Below are positions 17,430 to 24,614 of a stretch of DNA of 39,968 bases, in pieces. A program made the translations under genes and the position numbers. Source of the DNA: a virus (lineage: Duplodnaviria; Caudoviricetes); IMG/VR virus record IMGVR_UViG_3300011437_000014, positions 1 to 39,968 of that record, one strand, 5' to 3'. The notes below the pieces were generated by a model, which worked only from the letters and a program-made list of their open reading frames with translations, did not search any database and was not told the origin of the DNA. How positions within the stretch are numbered: position 1 is the stretch's first letter; each line of letters starts with the position of its first letter.

Positions 17430-18364
17430 TTCTTTTCCTCAGCATTATCAGAAGAAGTCCCAACTACCTTATCAAACTCTCTTTGTTTCATTACCTTGAC
17501 CATTTCTTGATATTTCTCAAGAGACATTCCAAAAGATTTAGCCTCTTTCTCCATTGCAGTTAGCTTAACCTTACTCGGTCCTTTAGCCGCCTGTTCTCTT
17601 CCCTTCGTTATAGAAGAGATATTATTCTGAGCGCGCTCATTAGCCTTTACCTTATTAATGTAATCGACTAGAGGAACGAGATTTTCTTTGATTTGGAATA
17701 GCATTACTTGGAGAAGTTCAATCTTACTTTCTACCTGCTCTTTACTTACATTAACTAGAGCAATAGCATGATGATTGAAAATGTCATTACGATGATTTAG
17801 AACATGGTCAGAAGAGGTAAATCTGAGAGGCTCAGGAATCTGAAGTAAATCGTAAAATTGAGTCAACGCGGGCGAGTCTACTCTTATCTCAGTCTTAACT
17901 TTCTCTAATTCTGCTCTTTCTACTCCTAAAACATTCTTAAGGAGAGGTTCATAACATTCTTCACAGATAAAATAGTCTTTCTCCCACATTCTAGTTGCGA
18001 GTTTAAGACCAAATCCGCGTTCGAGGCATGATTGACAGTATTTCTTACCATCATTAGGAGCTTTCTTATTGTCTAGAAAATGAGTAGGTTTAATTGTGCA
18101 TACTTTTTCTTTATTACTATCTGGTATTAAATGAGGTTCTCCACAATCATCGCAAATGTAATGAGTAGGCTTTTCCTCTTTTATTTGGGGTTCATCGGTT
18201 CCTAGTAATATCTCAGGTTCAGGTTCTTTAATAGTTGCTCTTTCAGCTAAACTTAAAGAACCATTCCTCTTAGCAAAGTAACAAGAGGTGCATAGTTCCC
18301 CTGTTATATTAGGAGAGGTTACTTCCTTCTCTATCCCCAGAGTTTTACATTGATTACAGTTCAT
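17426..18364 (-). CDS. Multi-Zn-finger protein with C-terminal helical domain
   Basis: Several CxxC pairs (CNQC/CTSC, CDDC, CQSC/CEEC). Confidence 0.75.
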   Translation of the reverse strand: MNCNQCKTLGIEKEVTSPNITGELCTSCYFAKRNGSLSLAERATIKEPEPEILLGTDEPQIKEEKPTHYICDDCGEPHLIPDSNKEKVCTIKPTHFLDNKKAPNDGKKYCQSCLERGFGLKLATRMWEKDYFICEECYEPLLKNVLGVERAELEKVKTEIRVDSPALTQFYDLLQIPEPLRFTSSDHVLNHRNDIFNHHAIALVNVSKEQVESKIELLQVMLFQIKENLVPLVDYINKVKANERAQNNISSITKGREQAAKGPSKVKLTAMEKEAKSFGMSLEKYQEMVKVMKQREFDKVVGTSSDNAEEKK

Positions 18365-18367
18365 AAA

Positions 18368-18571
18368 TTAGTTCTCTAAAGTAGAGAGGAAAATTCTTTG
18401 AGCTTGTATATTTTGAGAAGCTATTTGAGCTAACTCTAAACTGGATTGAGAAGCAACTATTTTGGCATCTTTAATATTATGTTCTCTACCTACAATAGTA
18501 AAAGTATTGTAGAGCACATCAAATCCAATCGAGGAACGTCTAATTTGGAACATTAGATTATTCCAATCCAA
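18368..18571 (-). CDS. Hypothetical protein
   Basis: Short ORF; start could be MFQIRR at 18553 (TAATG coupling). Confidence 0.55.
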   Translation of the reverse strand: MDWNNLMFQIRRSSIGFDVLYNTFTIVGREHNIKDAKIVASQSSLELAQIASQNIQAQRIFLSTLEN

Positions 18572-18750
18572 AAAGAATGTTCTTCTTCGTAATTAGGAGG
18601 ATTATTACCTATTGACCAACTTAAATCAGTAGCTACAAATTCTCCTAATTTCTTTAGAAGTTTATTTATATCTGTTGATTTGAATCCCATTTCTAAATCA
18701 CTATCTTCGTTTAATGAGGTGATGTAAAGATAATACATTTTAAACTCCAA
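18553..18750 (-). CDS. Hypothetical protein
   Basis: Likely start MYYLYI behind GGAG. Confidence 0.55.
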   Translation of the reverse strand: MEFKMYYLYITSLNEDSDLEMGFKSTDINKLLKKLGEFVATDLSWSIGNNPPNYEEEHSFWIGII

Positions 18751-18798
18751 TCTTTGAGATAATCTACTAACAACACGTTATTCTAACGAATAGGTAGA

Positions 18799-19089
18799 TT
18801 AATCTGGCCATTTCTTGAGAAATTTCTTTTGTTCAATCTCAATATTTTTCCTTAAATGTTCAATTTGTAATCTAAGTGCATCCCCTAATCCATTCCTATA
18901 ACCCATTCTAATTAATGAGTCATTAGATTCTTTAGAGATAAAAAGTAAATAATCAACGCATCTGAGTTTAAGTTCTACTTGCTTTTCTTTCAGCGCGTCA
19001 ATATCTTTTTGCTCTTCAGGATTAGCCATTAAAATACTCCCAAATAAAGTCAATATCTCTCTGACTATTAATCTGATAATCTTTCCCAT
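18799..19089 (-). CDS. Hypothetical protein, first gene of the leftward operon
   Basis: 96-aa ORF directly downstream of the 19297-19325 promoter and its leader. Confidence 0.6.
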   Translation of the reverse strand: MGKIIRLIVREILTLFGSILMANPEEQKDIDALKEKQVELKLRCVDYLLFISKESNDSLIRMGYRNGLGDALRLQIEHLRKNIEIEQKKFLKKWPD

Positions 19090-19130
19090 TAATTGTGATA
19101 ATCATCTTCTTTTCCTTATTAAGTCTTGAA

Positions 19131-19585
19131 CCATAATAATTCTAACTTAAAAATATCATATAAGCTAGAGGTTCAAGTTCAGTCAACTATCAATCAAAGG
19201 TCGGCTCGGAGTCGGTCAAAGGTCGGTCAAGGCGGACCCCTCCTAAGTCGTTGACTCCGAAGGACTTAGCTCGCATACCCTCTCTCTCCCTAGTGAAGTA
19301 TACCACCCTCTGCCCCGCCTGTCAACTACCCCTAGGGTGTATATGATAGTTCTTCTATATATATATAAAATTATATAAGACACCCCTCTAAGACCCTATC
19401 CAGAGGGGGTGTATAGGGGGGATATATGATAGGGGGGAGAGGGGGAGGGTATCTCGTAAGTCGTTGATGTAGTTAGGGTTAGGTATGATTAGGTTTGACC
19501 GACCTTAGTTCGACCTTAGACCGACCAAGGACCGATTATTGACTGAATATGAACTAAGAAATATATGATATTTAAGAATTATTGG
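19131..19585. repeat. Large imperfect inverted repeat with 11-bp iterons and (TA)6 centre; putative replication origin
   Basis: Mirror pairs about ~19362: ATATCATATA 19153/TATATGATAT 19571, TTCAGTCAA 19178/TTGACTGAA 19547, GGTCGGTCAA 19230/TTGACCGACC 19495, ATACCCT 19275/AGGGTAT 19452. Confidence 0.85.
19297..19325 (-). promoter_or_regulatory. Sigma70-type promoter for the leftward early/replication operon
   Basis: Minus strand reads TTGACA-17 nt-TATACT with an extended -10 TG. Confidence 0.85.
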
Positions 19586-19749
19586 CATTAGGAGAGATAT
19601 TACTGAAATTGGGATACTGATTCCGCGCCTAATGGATATATTTGAAAGTGTAGCGATTCGATACTTTACAATCTCTTTACATTTTACAAATCATATATCG
19701 ATAGGAAAGGATAAGGACGCGACCGATCGGGTAAGTTTATGATAAGACA

Positions 19750-19789
19750 ATAAAAAACCCCAGAACCCTATTTCTAAGGCTCCGGGGTT
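19750..19789 (-). terminator. Rho-independent terminator
   Basis: Minus strand AACCCCGGAGCC...GGTTCTGGGGTT followed by TTTTATT, just downstream of the 19813 stop codon. Confidence 0.8.
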
Positions 19790-19812
19790 AGTCTAACGTC
19801 CTGGGTTAGAGC

Positions 19813-20370
19813 TTACTTCGTGCGGAATATTTCGAGCGTATACTCAGCAGGAACCAAACCAAACTCCTGAAGAGTCCTGTGTGCTGTCTCATCAGAGACG
19901 TTCTTTGTCCGCATTGCATCTCGAATCATACGGGCGTAAGCATTACCCATTGATTCCTCAGTGAGCGGCTTATGCTGATTGAATACACTCTGATAGCGTC
20001 GGTTCTTCGATGAAACGCGAAGGCTATCATTGATTGTTTCCAGAAGCGCGACGACAGCCTTTCCGGTTTCCACAGAACCTTTCAGTGCTTCATTGATAAA
20101 AGCAATCTGGTCATCGGAAAGTTTCGCACCTTCGAGTCTAAGAGCGGAAACGAGAGAAGGAACGACGGGATACTTAAATCCTTCGCTATCGTTCTTGTAA
20201 ATCTCTTTGCCGTCCTCGTCTTTGACGGTAATCTGAAAGGTTCCGATCCTGATTTCGATTTCAGGATATTCCGCGTGAGACTCTACAGCCGCGGCTACAG
20301 CTTCCTGATTCGAAACCTTACCAGAGAGCTTTTCAGTAACCTTGTCTGCGATGGTTTTCTTGATTCTCAT
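19813..20370 (-). CDS. GC-rich monocistronic hypothetical protein, probable immediate-early gene
   Basis: Start MRIKKTIADK at 20370 with AGGTGA RBS (the track extends to 20421); own terminator; codon usage differs from the rest of the genome. Confidence 0.8.
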   Translation of the reverse strand: MRIKKTIADKVTEKLSGKVSNQEAVAAAVESHAEYPEIEIRIGTFQITVKDEDGKEIYKNDSEGFKYPVVPSLVSALRLEGAKLSDDQIAFINEALKGSVETGKAVVALLETINDSLRVSSKNRRYQSVFNQHKPLTEESMGNAYARMIRDAMRTKNVSDETAHRTLQEFGLVPAEYTLEIFRTK

Positions 20371-20712
20371 TGTCGTTTCACCTGTATATGTTTGAGGTTT
20401 AAGATAAAGTATTTCCTTCAAGAGGGTAGAGCTAAAGCCTAAGCCTTAGTCCTATCATTGAGTGACGCGCCTTTATCTTAATCCGGCCCGCGCTGAAGGC
20501 CGCTCGTTCTACCGTTCCTGAATGGCGCCGCGAATGCCCGTCTCAGGATGAGGGAACATCAAGAGGATACCATAAGAGTCAAGACCTGAAACAAGAGAAT
20601 TGTAAAATCTTTTGAACTGGGCACGCGCTGACCATCGCGGTCTAATCCTTTCCTCCCCCAAGCTCCATCCCTAAGAATCATTAACGGTCCCTACCCTATA
20701 TGGCCTGCTAGA

Positions 20713-20873
20713 AGAGTCTCATCTGGGCTACTGCGCGTGAAGTGTGGAAAGCACACTAAGATTGCCCAAATATTAATTATCTTTTTAATTTTATTTTTTT
20801 TTTATTTTACGGGTCCCATCTTTACTTTTAGGAAAGAGTCTCATTTTTATTCTTATAGTTATTAGAGTCTCAT
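20713..20873. repeat. AGAGTCTCAT direct repeats (three, plus one degenerate copy)
   Basis: Copies at 20713-20722, 20835-20844 and 20864-20873; GGGTCCCAT at 20811. Confidence 0.7.
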
Positions 20874-21073
20874 CTATCTATGAAACAAAGTAGTTAAAAT
20901 AAATTATATCCTATCTCATCTAAATCCAGTTAGGTAATGCTAGGCCGAGATAAGGGCCGAGAAGGTAGCTAGGATAAGCCAGGCTAGGATATAGGTAGAC
21001 TTAATCCCTGATTAATAGTTCAGCGCAGGATAAGGTCGAGCGCGGGCTAATAGGTCATCCTAGAGGCTCTCGT

Positions 21074-21236
21074 CTGAAAGTTCAGTTTATCATTTTAAAT
21101 TACTATAATATTTTTAGTTTAGTTAATCTAAGAAAATATGATAAGAGATAGGAGGGATTGACTTTTAATCGGAGGTGTGATAAGATGAAGGAACCTAATA
21201 AAAATAAGCGGACTGAAAGTTCAGACTGAAAGTTCA
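21074..21236. promoter_or_regulatory. Three CTGAA-AG-TTCA(G) palindromic operator-like sites flanking the rightward promoter
   Basis: Copies at 21074-21085, 21213-21224 and 21226-21236. Confidence 0.65.
21158..21186 (+). promoter_or_regulatory. Sigma70-type promoter for the structural operon
   Basis: TTGACT-17 nt-TAAGAT with an extended -10 TG. Confidence 0.75.
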
Positions 21237-21302
21237 TTCTCTTCTATTATGATAACTAGACTATTGTTGAGTTATAAAGGTTAGAAGTGTAAAGAGATTC
21301 TT

Positions 21303-21419
21303 ATGTTTATTATATCCTGTCTTAAATGCAGAAGAAGTTTTGGAAGAGTTGGACATATCTTAATGCATTGGATAGGCAGCGCGTGTAAAGGAATCGAGCA
21401 ACCGGAGTTACCATTATGA
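21303..21419 (+). CDS. 38-aa C2HC zinc-finger microprotein
   Basis: MFIISCLKCRRSFGRVGHILMHWIGSACKGIEQPELPL; ATGA-coupled to the next gene. Confidence 0.6.
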   Translation: MFIISCLKCRRSFGRVGHILMHWIGSACKGIEQPELPL

Positions 21420-21919
21420 ATATTATAGTTCCTGATGAAGAACTTCAAGAAATTAGTATTGAAGATGCTATCAAATCTAATGATAAATCTCAGATTATTA
21501 TTAAGGGAGAATTTCAAGGAGATAGAGGAAAAGGCAGAGATGAATTAACTAAAGAAATTATAGCTCATGATGCGATTGCTTTAGGAGCTAGTAGAGCAGC
21601 AGAAATTCATGGAATAGAAAAACCTTCAGCTTCTAGATATTCTAACGGTCATGATATTAAAGATGAAGATAGCAAAGCTGGAATATTAGCAGCGCGTCAT
21701 AATATTGCAGATAAAGCGACCGCGAAATTAATGCAAGCACTTGATTTATTTGACCCTTCTTGTATTGAGAAGCATGTAGATATAGTCAAGTCAGCTAGCA
21801 TGCTTGCTAATATAGTAGATAAGGTAACTGGTAAGAATAATCAAGGTAATGCGGTCCAATTAATTCTTCATGGACCTAAACAAATTAATATTAATAGTTA
21901 TGAGGTAATTGATGTTTAA
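21416..21919 (+). CDS. HTH protein, putative terminase small subunit
   Basis: GGAG RBS; HTH-like ASRAAEIHGIEKPSASRY; helical middle and C-terminal beta strand; first large gene of the late operon. Confidence 0.55.
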   Translation: MNIIVPDEELQEISIEDAIKSNDKSQIIIKGEFQGDRGKGRDELTKEIIAHDAIALGASRAAEIHGIEKPSASRYSNGHDIKDEDSKAGILAARHNIADKATAKLMQALDLFDPSCIEKHVDIVKSASMLANIVDKVTGKNNQGNAVQLILHGPKQININSYEVIDV

Positions 21920-22193
21920 GAGAGTTCTTCTTCCTCAAATAATTATAATATTATTAATTTGCGCCATTAGTGTAGGATTAAAAGGAGAAGAAAAAGGATT
22001 AACTGAAATTCAAAAATTAAAAGCAGAAAATTTTAAATTAACTACTCAGTTAATTGCTTGTCAGAATAATCAAAATCAAGCAGCTCTAAAAAATGCACAA
22101 GCTGAATTAGTTGAAGATTTCCGTAAGACATTAGGAGCTAAAGATGAAGAAGTTTTTGATTGGAACACTCTTACTTTTAAGTCTAGTAAGTAG
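21909..22193 (+). CDS. Protein with signal peptide/TM anchor and coiled coil
   Basis: MFKRVLLPQIIIILLICAISVG hydrophobic N-terminus; GAGG RBS. Confidence 0.65.
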   Translation: MMFKRVLLPQIIIILLICAISVGLKGEEKGLTEIQKLKAENFKLTTQLIACQNNQNQAALKNAQAELVEDFRKTLGAKDEEVFDWNTLTFKSSK

Positions 22194-23484
22194 TGTTTCT
22201 GCTCAGACAACTATAAGCAGTTCTTCTCCCGCGATTTGGAATACTAGTGGGCAGGGTTCTATTAGTATTCAAGTTACTGGTATTACAGGGGGAGGAACTA
22301 TTACATGGGCTTGTTCAGTAGATAATTCTACTTTCGTTTCCTATCTTCTAACTCCTGTAGGTTCTTCTACCGCAGCTGCTACTACAACTTCTAATGGTAT
22401 TTATTCTGGGCCATTAGGACCATGTAATTCTTTTAGAGCTTCTATTTCAGCTGGTTCTGCTTCAGTATTTCAAAGAACTATCGTAGCTGTTAAACCTAGG
22501 TCCGTAGATTTATCTGGCGTGGGCACAGTTACATCTATAGCTACAACCTCTCCTATTACTGGCGGCACAATTACTACAACTGGAACTATTGCTTGTGCTA
22601 CTTGTGCGGTTACTACAGGAACATTAGGACAATTCTCTGCAACTACATCAGCTCAATTCTTTGGAGTTATTAGTAATGAGACAGGAGGTAGTGGAAATGT
22701 TGTAGGAAGTGCGTCGCCTACTATTGACTCTCCGATAATAACAACCCTATTAGATTTAACCGCTACTACTGGAGTCAGGTTTACGGCTGCAAGTGGAGCA
22801 CTAACATTAGCAGACCTAGCTGGAACTACTGAGAATATTACTTTAAGCTTAAGAACAGCTAATATTGCTACATTTAGTTCTTCTACCGGAGTAAATGACT
22901 ATTTATATTTAACTGAAGAAGTTAAAGCATTATTGACTCTTAGGACGGCTGATAATGATACTGGTTCTATTGCACCTAATTTAAATCTTCAAAGGTCTAG
23001 AGGAACTACAGCTTCTCCAGCAGCAGTAATAAGCGGAGATACTTTAGGGGAAATTAGGTTTTTTGGTTATGCAAATAGCGCCTTTCAACAGCCCGGAGCT
23101 ATGTTTGTTACTGTAGATGGTGCTCCATCAGGGAGCAATATTCCAACTTCTATTCATTTCAATAATAATAGTGGTTCTGGAGGAATAGCTCCTTTTCATA
23201 TTAGCTCAAATAACAACGTTATTATTGGTCCTGCAGCTACAGGTGTAACATTAGCTGGAGCAGCAGGAGTTCTAACTATTGCTGGATTAAGCGGAACGCT
23301 TGAAAATTTAACTTGGGATTTTACTGTAGCTAATACTGTATCTGTTGGAACTGGAACGGGCGTTACCAAGATTGATTTTGGAACAATCATCTTAGAAGGA
23401 GCATTTAACTCCTCGGATGGTTCGGCCGGTATTACTGGAGCTAGTTGCACAGCTTGGAAAAATGGTCTTTGCACTTCTAGCTAA
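22144..23484 (+). CDS. Thr/Ser/Gly-rich fibre- or adhesin-like protein with Sec signal peptide
   Basis: MKKFLIGTLLLLSLVSSVSA|Q; beta-rich body; 'RSRGTTASPAAVISGDTLGEIRF.GY' segment; C-terminal CTAWKNGLCTS. Confidence 0.7.
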   Translation: MKKFLIGTLLLLSLVSSVSAQTTISSSSPAIWNTSGQGSISIQVTGITGGGTITWACSVDNSTFVSYLLTPVGSSTAAATTTSNGIYSGPLGPCNSFRASISAGSASVFQRTIVAVKPRSVDLSGVGTVTSIATTSPITGGTITTTGTIACATCAVTTGTLGQFSATTSAQFFGVISNETGGSGNVVGSASPTIDSPIITTLLDLTATTGVRFTAASGALTLADLAGTTENITLSLRTANIATFSSSTGVNDYLYLTEEVKALLTLRTADNDTGSIAPNLNLQRSRGTTASPAAVISGDTLGEIRFFGYANSAFQQPGAMFVTVDGAPSGSNIPTSIHFNNNSGSGGIAPFHISSNNNVIIGPAATGVTLAGAAGVLTIAGLSGTLENLTWDFTVANTVSVGTGTGVTKIDFGTIILEGAFNSSDGSAGITGASCTAWKNGLCTSS

Positions 23485-23489
23485 CTATA

Positions 23490-23798
23490 ATGTCATTCTT
23501 ATTAGCTATGCAAAATAAAAGAGAGTATGATGGTGGCCAACCTTGGTGGGTTGGGTCAATTTATAAAATAGGAATTCCAGCAGCTATATCTTGTTATCTT
23601 ATTTATTTTTTAGTTCAAAAAGTTGATACTAAACAAGATGAAATATTTAGTTTATTAAAAGCTCATAATAATGTTATGTATCAGCAAATGGAAGAAGATA
23701 AAAGACAAGCTAATGAAATAGAACGAAGTAATAAATTTTTACAACAAATTTGTTTTAGTGTAACCCCTAACAGCAGAAGGCAGGAGTGTTTCAAATGA
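23490..23798 (+). CDS. Single-TM membrane protein (holin-like candidate)
   Basis: KIGIPAAISCYLIYFLV TM segment, then a coiled coil and a C-terminal Cys pair. Confidence 0.55.
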   Translation: MSFLLAMQNKREYDGGQPWWVGSIYKIGIPAAISCYLIYFLVQKVDTKQDEIFSLLKAHNNVMYQQMEEDKRQANEIERSNKFLQQICFSVTPNSRRQECFK

Positions 23799-24160
23799 AA
23801 AAGATTCTACTTGTCGTGTCTCTAGTTCTTCTTACCGTTCCTCTTTCTGGGCAAGTTATCTACCCTCTTACAATTATTGTAGGTTGGGATAGAAATCCTT
23901 CTACTGAAGCAGTTATTGATTATACATTAGTTCATAATAATGGAACTGGTAATCAAACATTTACTATTTTAGATTCTGCTTGCACTAATCCTATTGCAGA
24001 CGGTCAATGTAGACAAGCTATTTCTGTTCCTGGGGCTGGTTTACAGACTGTATCAATAGTAGTAAGAAATTTATGGGGAAGTAGTGTGCCGGAAGTAGTT
24101 ACATTTTCTGCAACTGCTCCAGGTAAAGCAAGAAATATTAAAATTCGTGTGGGAAATTAA
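23795..24160 (+). CDS. Secreted Ig/FN3-like protein
   Basis: Start MKKILLVVSLVLLTVPLSG|Q behind GGAG; 'VGWD.N....VIDY', 'VRNLWGSS' and 'PGKARNIKI' FN3-like pattern; one Cys pair. Confidence 0.7.
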   Translation: MKKILLVVSLVLLTVPLSGQVIYPLTIIVGWDRNPSTEAVIDYTLVHNNGTGNQTFTILDSACTNPIADGQCRQAISVPGAGLQTVSIVVRNLWGSSVPEVVTFSATAPGKARNIKIRVGN

Positions 24161-24165
24161 ATTAT

Positions 24166-24366
24166 GTGAATAAAAAATTTTATTCAGCCAATAAAATTTT
24201 ATGTCCTCATTGTGGTTCTATTCCAGCTAAGATAATTACATGTTGTTTATGTAAAGGTGAGAAGAGAATAATAACAAAGAGGATGTGGAGTTATCTTACT
24301 TGTGGGATTTGGGCTAGAAGATATTGCACTTGTGATGCTTGTAAAGCAATTAAAAAGATTAAATAA
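24166..24366 (+). CDS. Small basic Cys-rich protein
   Basis: CPHCG, CCLCKG, CTCDAC. Confidence 0.5.
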   Translation: MNKKFYSANKILCPHCGSIPAKIITCCLCKGEKRIITKRMWSYLTCGIWARRYCTCDACKAIKKIK

Positions 24367-24378
24367 AGGAAAAATAAA

Positions 24379-24606
24379 ATGGTTACAGCTACAGTTACAG
24401 GTGTTACAGGAGCAGGACAAAGTGTTACAAGTTTAGCTCTTAGTGGCATTACAGAAGTAATTATTAATCATGCTGCAGGAGCCATTTTTATTACTTATAC
24501 CCCTACTGGAACTAATAGTAAAAGAGTTTTTGAGCTTATGTTAAGTGGGCTTACTACTGTTTCTTATACTATTTCTGGTGCTGATGTAGCTTGGGTGTTT
24601 AGTTAA
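24379..24606 (+). CDS. Small beta-rich protein, possible virion component
   Basis: AAGGA RBS; Thr/Val/Gly-rich. Confidence 0.65.
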   Translation: MVTATVTGVTGAGQSVTSLALSGITEVIINHAAGAIFITYTPTGTNSKRVFELMLSGLTTVSYTISGADVAWVFS

Positions 24607-24614
24607 AACTTGAT

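Noticed and set aside
19340-19385. Protelomerase (telRL) site
   Set aside because: The central palindrome is imperfect beyond the TA run, and no protelomerase gene is recognised in the window.
19196-19537. CRISPR array or assembly fold-back as explanation for the repeats
   Set aside because: The units are 11 bp without spacers, and the arms are strongly diverged, unlike a fold-back artefact.
19666-20606. TTTACAAT(T)CTCTT imperfect inverted pair flanking the GC-rich gene, as transposon ends
   Set aside because: Short, AT-rich, no transposase or target duplication; could be chance.
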